DNA of 63,417 bases, counting the filler, from Choristocarpus tenellus KU-1152 (Eukaryota > Protista > Phaeophyceae), in the NCBI GenBank assembly GCA_964200185.2. It is 13 parts of 13 records of this genome, joined end to end, with 100 filler letters (N's around TTAATTAATTAA, not from the genome) between each part and the next. Parts side by side here need not be neighbours in the genome. Positions count along the whole stretch, not along the records: positions 22,178 to 30,385 come from CAXNAD020004994.1; positions 30,486 to 33,447 come from CAXNAD020023330.1; positions 33,548 to 39,972 come from CAXNAD020008165.1; 10 more parts are not named here. One strand, written 5' to 3'. Made by a program: the position numbers and the translations under genes. Positions 22,387 through 34,046 of this stretch are shown here, piece by piece. Position 1 is the first letter of the stretch, and each line of letters begins with the position of its first letter. The notes under the pieces were generated by a model that was not told where the DNA came from, ran no database searches, and worked only from the letters and a program-made list of their open reading frames with translations.

Positions 22387-25300
22387 GATTTTAGTATCCT
22401 GTTGCGGAGATGTTATTTTTTTATTTTTTCTAATCTTGTGTATCGATTTGATTGGTTGAAAGTCGGACGTCGGTTTTGCCTTGTAATGTAGGCGAGTGGC
22501 ATCTCCTTTCCTTTGAATGTAAACATAGGCCTTTTTCGTGTTATTGAATGTAAACATAGGCCTTTTTCGTGTTATCGAATGAAAACATAGACCTTTTTCG
22601 TGTTATCGAATGAAAACATAGGCCTTGTTCGTGTTATTGAATGAAAACATAGGCCTTGTTCGTGTTATCGAATGAAAACATAGGCCTTGTTCGTGTTATT
22701 GAATGAAAACATAGGCCTTGTTCGTGTTATTGAATGAAAACATAGGCCTTGTTCGTGTTATTTGGTGTACTATTAATGACTATTTTGAGATGATTGACTT
22801 CGATGTACTGTTAATGACCCTAGCCCTACTACAAATAATAATAATAATAATAATAATTTCTTCGAAGTGTATTCAAGGCCTTGGAACAACAAACTAGCGT
22901 ACTCTACTCGTGTGTATCAAATGCAAAAAAAAAAATGGGAAAAGTATTGGAAATTTCTTTTCCTCTGTTAATTTTCCTTGTGCATGAAAAAAAAGGTACA
23001 CCTCAGATGAGGTACTTCTCGATCAACACAAATAAAAAAAAGAAATATAGTGGTCTCGTGATTGGACATGGTCCAGGCAATGAGCGATTTGGTGTTTCAG
23101 GTGTAATACTGGCAAGAACACTCACCACATGGCGAACGTTGCTGAGCACATTGGCCTGAGGGCTGTCCTCGGCAACAAACCTACTTTATTGATCAAATAG
23201 GCACAAGGGTTTTCCAGGAGAAGAGAGAGGCATTACGAGCAAGTGCATCATGTGTGCGGTAGTTTCTTTTTGTCTATTTTTTGCTCTAAGTTTGTTGCTT
23301 CCTTCAGATCAAAATATATTAAAAAAAGAAAAGAAAAAAACAGTAGTGCGGGAGTGGACGAGAAATAAATCTAACCAGGCGTTTTTATTTGAACAATGTA
23401 TGCTGTGGAGGAAAGGGAAACGGCCTCAGGAGTTAGACATGTTGTGGATGGCGGGTCTTCTAGAGCAACCGATCCCTGTGTGTTGTTTGGACAAATGGGT
23501 GTTATAGTAGGTGTTACAGGGGAAAACAGTCGTAAGACTGTGCTTGCTCTGTTCAGCATGAGTTGAGAGTGTTCGTTGGGTGTCTTAGACTTCAAAGGCA
23601 CAAACAAGATGGTGTCTGATTTTTGCTCATGTTTTTATTTTTCGTGATAGGGTTAGGGTTAGGATTAGGTTGTTATATTACTGAGATTTAGTAGGGTTAC
23701 CTCCTAATAGGTTTTTCGTTGTGCACGCACCTCTCCCAGGATACTACAAAAACCTGATAAAAATATATATTTTGCACTTACAGCTGGTCCCTCGAGCTGT
23801 TTGAACTGATGGTGAACAGGGGAAGTAATGGGCAACTTTCATCATCATCAGAAGCCAAATATGGGCCAGCATTCTACATTATTAATATTTGTAATAATAA
23901 TATTTCAAGATGTTAGGGGTATTGTAGAGTGCTACTTTTAAAAAGCAAATATAAATGAATCTTGATGTTGCAAAAAGTGATTATGATAGCAATGATGTTG
24001 TCACAGTTGCCCCAAAGTGTAGTGGTAGTGGTAGTAGTGGTAGTAATAGTAGTATGCAGGTTTTTGTAAGGGCAAGGTTTGCTTGGAATGAATACCTTTA
24101 TGCAATAATGTATACCATGTGTTTGGTATCCAAGGGGAAGGCGTTTGACATCACACATAGTCAGCCTTTTCACATCTTAGTATTTGTATATTGGGATTGG
24201 ATTTTAGGGGAAAATATAAGGACAGGTGTCCCTATAACTTACATTATTAATATTATTGGTATAGAGTAGTAGGGTTTTTTTTTGGGGGGGGAGGGGTCAC
24301 TGAGACCTGTCAACATGCCATCCCTGTTAGCCCTCTTTTCTGGGTTTTCGTTGAGATCAGGCGATTTTACACTGTTGACCCTAACTTCTGTAGGAGATAG
24401 GTCTCAAGAGGCTGATACATCATTCCCCTTGTGCCTTAAGCTTTTTTCCCAAGACGCTAACCCTAACCCTAGCAAGGCATTTTTATTTTTATTACGGGAT
24501 GAGTGCGGTGAGTAGGTCAAGAGCATTGGAATTAGAAGTTGTGTAGGTCTGCAACAATTTTGCTGAAGGAGGGGAAGACTTAGTTAATAGTTTAGTTGTG
24601 ATTATGTAGAGTCAATTAAGAATACACGCTGAAGTATTGATACATAGTTGTAGGGTTAGGGTTATATTACATATCTCAACGGATTACTTGTAACAAGAAA
24701 CACAAAGGGGATCGTTGATACTCAGAACAGAAAAACAAATCTGTGAGATTTTAAACCTTTTTTTTACAATTGATTTTATTATTATTTCTTGATCAATTGA
24801 ATTGATTCGATAAGATGAAACCGTTGCATTTCCCTGACTTTTTTCTGTTTTGATAATGAGATGATGGACTGCGACTACTCTGTTGTGCATTTCTTCTCTC
24901 CATGTGTGTGTGTGTGTATTCAGTGTAGCGTGTTTGGTTTATTCTGTGTCCTATGTATCCCCAAATCGATATGTATGCTACACTCAGATTGATGTTACTT
25001 CATACATACAGTGGTATGGAGTATCATTGATGGAAGAACAGTAACAAGTGGAACATTTTTTTCTGCTCCAAAAAAGAAGAAAAATGAACAGTTGTGGGAG
25101 AGAATTATTCCTTTTGTAATGGTCGTCAAGTTTTAACTGTTTAAATTTATTTATGTTTTGCAGGTGAAGGAGTTCCCAGCACATGATCTACCGGTGACTG
25201 GGCTAAGCTTTTCCCCGAGAGAGGATGGAGTGTGGTCTCAGCTAGGGCGATTCGATCTGTTGGCTGGATCAGCAGACTACAAGATCACGCTGTTCGAGTC

Positions 25301-26780
25301 ACAAGGTAAGAAGAGTCCACAGAGATGAAGTCAAGCCCACCCTAACCTTAACCTGTGACTGTGATATTCTTAACTCAAGAAGAGCTATTGTGGATGGTGT
25401 AGTTAAGAATGAAAATGTCCGACCTGTGTACTGTTTGGTGAAGATAGTGTGCCATACAACTTGTTAGGATTAGGCTTAGGGTTAGGGCTAGAATGTGATG
25501 TTGGTGAAGTGAGTTAGTACGAACAGCAGAGTTGTACTATAGTGAAGGACAACTTACAGATCGGTTGATCTATGGTGTGATTGGTGTTGGTCTGTGATGG
25601 ATCAACCCAATATTTATCATCTTGATTATTGATCCTTCTCAACAGGTACAGCACATTATCGAGAATGCATATATATTTGTATGTATATATATGACAGTTA
25701 CGTAACTGTATAGGGGTAAGTTCTCATACAGTGTAGCCTCACCACTATTTCCCTCGAGTTTTTTTCACTGGTGCCCCTAACCCTAACCCTAACCCTAACC
25801 CTAACCCGCTGTTGATCTTGTCGTGCCGTAACATGGTGACCTGATCTACAGGGAGTGCAGCAAAGCTTGCCATTGGCCGTTGTCTGGTGAGCGCAGACAG
25901 CTGCAGTTGTTGTTGTTCCTTGTTCCCTTGAGATGATTCCACTTGATGATTCCACTTGTTGTTGTGTCCCTTGGACTCTTGTGTGATTGTTGTCTGTTTG
26001 TTACCATTGCCAAGTGCTCACGTGTTATTTGAGGGAGGTGGTTTGCAGTTGCTGTAGAGCATTCTGGGAATTAGAGTTAGGGTTTTGATGTTTACAGTTG
26101 CATTGCATTAATGTTTTAAGAAAAATCAGTTTCAGACCCTTTTTCCCCTACCCTCAAGGGTGTACTGTATTTTCAAAAGTATACTGTACTGTTATTGGCT
26201 TGATCCACCCTGAGCTGTGAGCGTGTAGTACCATGAAGTTTTGTGAAAGGGGCGCCTTTCATGTCCTGTGCTTGCTGTTATGAATACATCCAGCCTCAAG
26301 TGTGTATATAGCCACTCTCCCTTGTATAGAGTCAGACAGCAAACTCGAATAGCCCTAACCGTGACGAAATTGACAACTGCTTGAGGTGCTCTTGAGCATA
26401 TAAAAAATACTCTTGTTTTTTAGTGCCAATCTGCACTAATGTTGCCCTCTCACAGCTGAAACCTTGTGCTGTTTTTTCCCTTGCCTGTGTGTATCTGTGG
26501 TGTTTGTATGTCTTGTGCACTTTCCTCACAGAGTCTGATAAAGGCTCTCATCTTGCTGATCGTAGCTGTGATACGGCAGCTGATCTCCACTCTGGTAACA
26601 GTGGCGCCTGCTGCTGGTATTGCAGTGGCTGGTATTCTACTGTATCAGCGATTCAAGTCCATGCAGGGAGAGGAAGGTGTCTTTGAAGATGTTGTGGTTG
26701 AAGACGTTGGAGATGTTGTGATTGAAGATGTTTTCGAAGATACCATTGAAGATGTTGTTGAGGCCATGCCCGTCACTTGA
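22178..26780 (+). CDS. SEC12: SEC12/PREB-like WD40 guanine-nucleotide exchange factor, 3' part with C-terminal membrane anchor
   Basis: Exons 22178-22340, 25164-25305, 25852-25886 and 26532-26780 join in phase. Translation: PVTTLSVRVDGQRMAVGNVEGSVIVFTLPGLMK-VKEFPAHDLPVTGLSFSP...LLAGSADYKITLFESQGSAAKLAIGRCL-SLIKALILLIVAVIRQLISTLVTVAPAAGIAVAGILLYQRF...stop. Two last WD blades followed by a hydrophobic segment match PREB/Sec12 architecture (recognised from memory, not searched). Confidence 0.75.
22515..22762. repeat. Minisatellite, 8 x 31 bp, in SEC12-like intron
   Basis: Unit GAATG(T/A)AAACATAGGCCTT(T/G)TTCGTGTTAT(T/C), head-to-tail without spacers. Confidence 0.95.
25775..25807. repeat. Interstitial telomere-like (CCCTAA)5 tract (longest of many)
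   Basis: Perfect hexamer run; similar tracts at about 33818, 35812 and 57193 and elsewhere. Confidence 0.9.
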
Positions 26781-27730
26781 TGTCGCCCTCCTTACTAAAC
26801 GTTCCTGTGGTCATAAGCAGGAGGTTAGTGGCCTGTTGTGCCCTGCCCATCTTTTTCTTTTGCGGAATGCTTCGTGTTTTAAGCTGAGAAGAGCCAGTTT
26901 GTTGGGGGGGGTTTTCTTGACTCTCTCAAGCCGAAAGTGAGTTCAGTTGATTTCCTTGTAGCAAGGTCAATGTGTTGCATCGTTCTTGGTACCTCCAGTT
27001 CATCAGGTAATTTACTATTTTTCGGTTTTGTGACGTGTCCTTTCCTCCTTGTGACTGTGTGAGCCGTACTTTGAAATGCTTGCAATGTTGTTGGTCCTTC
27101 TTGATTCTTGATTTGTATGGAATGCTTGTGAGTGTTGAGATGCCTAGACGTCCAGTGTAGTTCGCATCTTTGTCTTGTTGTCAGCTTCTACAAGTATGGA
27201 AATTTCGTAATACCCTTTTCCCTAGTTGTGAACCAACCCTAGCAGCACACTGCATGAAAGGTACAGTCTTGCTGTTGTACCATTGTGTCTCTAGATTTTG
27301 AAGTTCCAATCCTCGCTGTTGTGCCCATCTCCCATCTGCCCATCTATTATGTGCTTAACTTATCAGGTATTTTAGGTTTGAGCAAGGTGTTTGTGGAGAC
27401 TTTCATTTTTGTTGTCCAATGGGGGCAAGTAAGTCATTTTCCATGTCTCTCCACTTGTAAGTATTAGTATTACCCTTGAAAAGAGTTGAGTAGTTTGGTG
27501 AAGATTTTTGTTCTAAAATCAAGGTATACTGTAGTAAGTTCCGATTACGATTACTACAATAATCAATCACAACTTTGGAAAATCTGAACAAGCCAATGAT
27601 GAGGCAGAGAGAGTTCAATTGACCAAACAAAACATTTGTTTTGAATCCTGTTTATTAGGGCAATGCTTTCAGTGGGTACACAGCAAGAGGACACTGAATT
27701 TTTATGTACTGAAGCAAGGCCTCTTACATA

Positions 27731-29469
27731 CTTCCTCCATTCAGAATTAAATGTATCATAAATTTTGGAAGCTCCATTCTTGCCCGGGAACCACTTTAAG
27801 TGATAAACCGTCTGGACGAGGCTTAGTTCTCATATAGTTTGGGAGGTGTGCAAAGTTTGAGATTGTGGGCTATCATGACTGTGGAGGATCGCCATTGCAT
27901 AGTCGACCAACTTGCATTTGATGGGGTTCAAAACCTCAAGAAACTGTCGAGCAGGCATTTATTGGGATGCCTAGGACAAGGTCCCCTGTTGTTTCAGTGG
28001 CTCTCTCATCCCGTCCTCACCTGTTCGTCCCAATCCTTCGGCTGAGAAGTCTATCCTGGGGTACAACAAACTAAAAACACCTCAACGAAGAACAGTGTGG
28101 TGGTGTGATGCCAGGAGGTGAGAGAGTGTGAAAATTGGACGCCTTCGGAGACAATGGTGGCCATTGCGGAGGACTTCGGAATTTCCTTAACCATTGTATT
28201 CAATAGTCAGATCGCATGAGGTGAATGGATGGACCTTATATAAATTCGCGAGGTGCAATGTGGCTGTTGCAAGTATCCTTGATACTTGGGATGTCTCATC
28301 GGTACGTCGTACATACTTCTGCATATGGGGGGTCAAAGCTGGGGTCTCCCTTGACTTGTTGTGGGATCTCTGTGCCATTTTAAGGAGGTGAAGGTCAAAC
28401 GGTGGATTAAGCCAGTCCTCTCAGACCAGCAGAATAGTCAATGGGATAGGTTTCATCAACAGTCACATGCACAGGGGTGGGGGAAGTGGGTTATTAGTGG
28501 ACGATCTGTATGACTTGAGTGCATGTGGACGAGAAGTGGTTTTATACCCTCAAGCATGGGCAAGGTGTGTATACCTGCACCCCACTGAAGACCCCTCCCA
28601 AACCCCACTGGTACAGAATAAGCGTTACATTACGAAGGTGATATTCCTTGCAGCTGTGGCCCACCCAAGGAAGCTCTCCAATGGGTGTGGTTCAATGGGA
28701 AAACCGGGATCTGACCAATCGTGGACACTATGGTAGGTCAACATTCCAATAACCACTGCCCCAAGGGCACCAAGGTGCTTATGTCAGCCACAGCGGACGG
28801 GGAGAGTTATAAGATCATGATCGAGGATGTCGCCCCGACAACCAAGGCTTGCATGCCTAGGCAGGAAGGACACACCGTCTTTGTGCAGCAGGACGGGGAA
28901 AAGTCACACACCAAGGGGGGGATCATGGAGGCAATGAAGGAGACTGTTGCGGATGACATTGCCATAGAGACCCAGTCAGTCAACTCAACTGACCTCAATG
29001 TCAACGACCTGGGATTCTTTCATTCCATCCAGCAACTGAAGGAAGACGTAGGGGTGACCAATATAGAGGAGCTGGTGGAGGCCACAACTAAGGCATTGAA
29101 TGTGAACCCCCGAGCTACACTAGAGCACATCTGGCAGAGTCTCTTTACAGTCTATGGTGAAGTGCTGGGGTCTAAGGGTGAGAATATCTTCAAGATTTCC
29201 TATCTTAGCAAGGAAAAGAATGAGAATGTGGTCAAGATCCCCCCAAATGCCCCGGTGGATGCTGCGACATACCGTGCTGAAATGGAGTTTTGGAGGGCTT
29301 TGGAGGTGGAGTCATAGATAGGTGTAGGCTGCCCTATTTTGTTTGATATTTTGGTGGGCAACCTTTCAGTGTCTGCACAATACACCCGTAAAATAAGATC
29401 GTCTGAAATAAAATCTTGATTCATCGGGGCTGCAAAACTTATGTTACATTTATTTCTGAACAGAGGAAG
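27731..29469 (+). mobile_element. Tc1/mariner DNA transposon, Soymar/Osmar (Stowaway-partner) type; complete ends, decayed transposase
   Basis: Left end TA|CTTCCTCCATTCAGAATTAAATGTATCATAAATTTTG; right end CAAAACTTATGTTACATTTATTTCTGAACAGAGGAAG|TA (imperfect ~37-bp TIR, TA duplication). Motifs: VHVDEKWFY (28519-28545), KRYITKVIFLAAVAHPR, VFVQQDGEKSH, QSVNSTDLNVNDLGFFHSIQ. Confidence 0.92.
28090..29317 (+). pseudogene. Mariner transposase pseudogene (frameshifts/stops)
   Basis: Catalytic motifs are split over different frames (VHVDEKWFY frame; ORF 28467-28736; ORF 28721-29317). HTH-like MVAIAEDFGISLT near 28150. The start coordinate is approximate. Confidence 0.85.
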
Positions 29470-30643
29470 TACGTGTTTATGTTGATCACTATGAAAGACA
29501 GCAAGAGGGCGACGGAGTCAACAGCATGTAAGGTCCATCAAAATCTTCGTACTGGTATGTGGATTCAACCTCATTACCTCTGGGAAAGGTCTTTCAAGTG
29601 GAGGCTGCATCACAGATGAGGGAGTGACCGAAGATGTTTGTTTGATTGATATATTTACCATAGGGAGACAGGAGGAATCATCACAATGGTGAGCTTGAAA
29701 CTCTCTATGAGTTGGGTGAAGTGGGCATTAAAGCGGACCTGCTTCGTATGGATAACTCAGGTTGTCTTATAGCCAAGTCTAACAACCACTCGAGTGGTGA
29801 TCATATCTTCTCTCACTCTGCCACTCCTTGATACAAACATCTCAGTGGCATTTTCACTTAGAGGGCACTTTCGTATCTTGGGGAAAGTGAGTAGTGAAGT
29901 TTAACCCAGATGATACTATCAACTATTGTCTTGCTTGGGACTCAGCCAGAGGCTTGAATAGCCACTTTGCAGCAATCAGCGTGGCCAAGCAATGTAGTAA
30001 AAATCCATTTGTGCTGTCTGTGTGTACATATCCACATCGCAAGTCAAACCTGCGTGTGTATATTCATATATAGTGTTATATCCACTAGCAACATGATTTA
30101 CGATAGAATAGTGTGGAGGAAATACTGTGACACATGTAAAGAATACAACACAATAACAGGAGAGGATAATGTATATCATAAACACCAACTCGATATAGGA
30201 TTATGTTAAGAAATCAACAATCATTGTCGAATCACCGTTTGTTTCTTGTCTGGCTTTCCCCAAGTTTTACTCGTGCGTATCATAGAGTGAGCGCAGCATT
30301 TGACTCCCAGGAGTTTCAACTCAAACATTGGCTCAAAGTATCTCGGAGGGGGTGTCGGCTGTCCATTTGGGGTCAATTTTTTCATNNNNNNNNNNNNNNN
30401 NNNNNNNNNNNNNNNNNNNNNNNNNNNNNTTAATTAATTAANNNNNNNNNNNNNNNNNNNNNNNNNNNNNNNNNNNNNNNNNNNNAGTCGGTATGGATGA
30501 GCTCAATTGACTTGTTTGGCGCGCGCAATTGTATCTGACCGCGCCTCTTATACATACAGTGTGTGTTGGCGATTCCAGAAAGGAACCTCTCCCTGATAAA
30601 TACATGCATATGCCCGAACTTGCCCTGTAGCTGTATAGGAGAC

Positions 30644-32379
30644 ATGAGAGGGCTTTGGGGTAAAAAGGGACGAAAGTCAGACGGGGCGACCACACCAAGA
30701 GAAAGCACCATAGAGCAGGAAAGTCAACCCTCACCAGCCCGCTCTCACCGGTCAACACTCAGTACTGGCGGTAGACGAGGTACGTTAGCCCGAACTTCTG
30801 CGAGAAGCATCAATTTTGGACGTGAACAAGGCGCATCAAGCTTTGAAGACGACATGGCCTCTGATCTTCCTCCAGGTAGGAGTCGTCGTGGGTCTTTGAA
30901 AGGGGAAAAACTTCTCAACCGTGCGAGAAAATGTTTAAATAGATCAAGACCCTCTCATTCTGTGGTTTCCCCGTCATCCAGTTCTCCCCCTAGTTCAATA
31001 CTATTTCTCCGAGGGCTGGACCTCACAAATAAGTAAACTGTACCCCATAGCGTGTCCGAACCTTCTACTCTTTCACCCTCTATATGTACGACAAAAGTTT
31101 GGTCATTTCCCGAGTATCTAACTTCCTTTTCTCTCTGTTTGGCGAACCCGACCTCATACGATTTATGGTCATGTGTGAATGCAGACTGGGACTCTCGTTT
31201 GTTGGGAAATGGCAAGACTGTCTACATCAACCACAAGTTGAAGGTACGTTTTGAACTTGTTGTGTGCAGGGTGACTTTAGTCCTCGAAGCTGCCCGTCCT
31301 ATTTCTCCGACAGGCAACAATCGTCCTCCTGTCGCCCAGCGACATGGTCGAGGAACATTCCTCTTAACCATACGACCGTACTATTACCTTGACTGGCCTC
31401 TAACCTTTGGGTGTATGAGGAACTAGAAGCATCTACCAGTTTGGGAACTACAGCATGTGAAAGTGGTGGTTTGGGAGGATTTGAGGCTAATATCAGGTAC
31501 CTTTCAAATTCAACCTTGAAGTTCAAGCTTTGTAGAAGGCAGCCTCGCCTACAACATCAGGCGTGTCCTTCCTACCCCATCCACTCACATGGATGGCTAA
31601 TTGGCCGAAGCCTCAGACTCGTGTCCGACCTGCTAGTGCGCCTGTCCACTCACCTTACTTTCGCCTGCTGTCCCAGAAAACACAATGGGAAAGGCCAACC
31701 TCTTTGACTGCTGAGGAACAGAGGCTTGCCAGAGAGTCAAACAACAATTCGGGCGATTCCAACGAAGAAGATTCCCCTCTTCCACCAGGTACTTTCATTA
31801 CTGTGGAACCTGTGTACAGTAGATACTAGAGAAGGAGTATGCAGTGGAGAAGTTGGTCCTTATTGCATGTTCTGACAGTGGTCCTGTTGAGTCTAATGGA
31901 TGTGAGCAGACGCAAATATGTGAACACACTCAAGTTCACAGTGAAATATGCAAAGTGGAGTATCTGATTCTACATTCAGGGGTATTGGTTTCTCGAGATA
32001 GATTGGACTGCATTTTGAAACATGTGTGGGTTTTTGCAATGTGTGTGTTTTCAGTAGTTGGGAATCCTGAAGAGATTTGACATGCACTACTGAAATATGA
32101 GTTGTGGTATTTCTCCAGGCCGTTTTCACTGGTGATTTTCTCCCTACAATCAACTGGACGTAGGAATTTCATGATACATTTTCAGATTGGGCTTGATACA
32201 CACAAGTGACGACAATATATGCCACATTACATGCAAAATTGAGTTGTATGTAGTCTTGCACAGCTTACCATCCAACCACCTTCTGTTTGTTGGATAACCC
32301 CTCCCCTCCCCTGTACTTGTCAGGCTGGGAGGCCAAATTGGTGCAAAACAGGACACTCTATATTGACCACAATAACAAG
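30644..32379 (+). CDS. Protein with tandem WW domains, 5' part
   Basis: ATG at 30644; exons 30644-30875, 31185-31243, 31677-31788 and 32324-32379 join in phase. They give DLPPDWDSRLLGNGKTVYINHKLKKTQWERP (WW1) and PLPPGWEAKLVQNRTLYIDHNNK (WW2, continuing beyond the contig). Confidence 0.85.
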
Positions 32380-33928
32380 GTCAGGACCCTCATACCTGTG
32401 TCTGTGTGACTGCGCCTGCTGAAGTGTGGATGTGATTTATGATTGGCTATGGTTTTTCACCATATATCAATGTTGTCATGAAATGGAAATTTGGGCCTTA
32501 GATGTTATTTTGATGCCATCAAGGGCATCAGAATTGAACATTAGTATCTCTGTACGTATTTAAAGACATTATTTGTGTTTCTGGAGGGATGGCATTTTTT
32601 TTTCTGTGTATTTTATCTACAGTGCTAATGATACGCAATCTGTGCTATTAGTACTTCACACCTCTCAACCTCACATTTGTACAGCAGTCCTGCTGACCAA
32701 CATGTTGCACCATAATACAGGAGTGTCCTTTGAATCAATGTACCTGTGAAAAGGTCACCTATTGAGGAATGCTTGTGCCTCCAAACAATTTGAATTTCCT
32801 AGTTTTGATATATTGATCAGTAATATTGAAACTGACTATCGTCAGCCACTTGGATTGATTTCACTTAGTCTTTTATTGACAGCACTGCTAACTTGTTATT
32901 GGATGGAACACAAGTGTGTGGTGTGGACATAGTGTCAGTGTAGTTCTGCATTATTGGGAGTGGAGCATGTATACTAGTAGGGTCTGGCAACATTTATAAA
33001 TGAGAGGTTTCGAGTGAGAGGTTAAGACCTCCTTCCCGCTCCCCCCCCCCCCCCACCCCCCCCCCCCCCCCACCCCCCCCCACCCCCCCCCCCCCCCCAC
33101 CCCTCCCACCTCCNNNNNNNNNNCTCCCCCCCCCCCCCCCCCCCCCCCCACATGCCTTTATTCCTCCCTCACAAAGAGAAGCTGATGTGCCTGTGGCTTG
33201 GAGCTACTTATGAATGTTGACCCAAGGAGCATCGTATTTTTAGCAGTATAGAGATTTGGGTCTGTGGTTGTGATGCATTCCGCTCAACATGCGTACATAG
33301 GACGAGTTCCCTGACGGTTTTGTCTCAACAATATTCTTACTACTTGCTGTCATCGTACGCACACTTCTTCAATTCCACCCCCCCCCCCCACCCCCCCCTC
33401 TTTGGTGTTTTTCCCCCCGGCCCCCCAACCAGTTGGTACCCTGCCGANNNNNNNNNNNNNNNNNNNNNNNNNNNNNNNNNNNNNNNNNNNNTTAATTAAT
33501 TAANNNNNNNNNNNNNNNNNNNNNNNNNNNNNNNNNNNNNNNNNNNNGCACCCCTTGTTAGACACACCCCTACTCTTTCCCTTCCCTTGGGCCCCCCCTC
33601 GCTTCCCCCCCCCCCTCCCCCCATTCTGCACTTAATTCTGCACTTGTATCGATAAAAAATACTACTATATTTTAGTGTGAAGAGACTCATCTTCCTACCA
33701 TTAGCATAATCTTGTGTGATACACAGCCCACCCTCTCCTCTTTCCCTTTGACCAGGTGGCGATGTGTGCCTCAAGTGCTGTTGGAGTTCCAGTTCATTCT
33801 TTTTTCTATTTTTGTCACCCTAACCCTAACCCTAACCCTAACTAACACTTAATCCTTTTGTCATTCAACTAACACTAATCCCATCTCTAAGCCCTCTTCT
33901 TTCAGTAACCACTGATCAACAACAACAG

Positions 33929-34002
<74 letters not shown>

Positions 34003-34046
34003 TCTTTCCCCTCAAACTGCACAACACTGCATGACATGCATGATAG

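Noticed and set aside
22515-22762. CRISPR-like array of ~31-bp repeats
   Set aside because: No unique spacers, no cas genes, and it lies in a spliceosomal intron.
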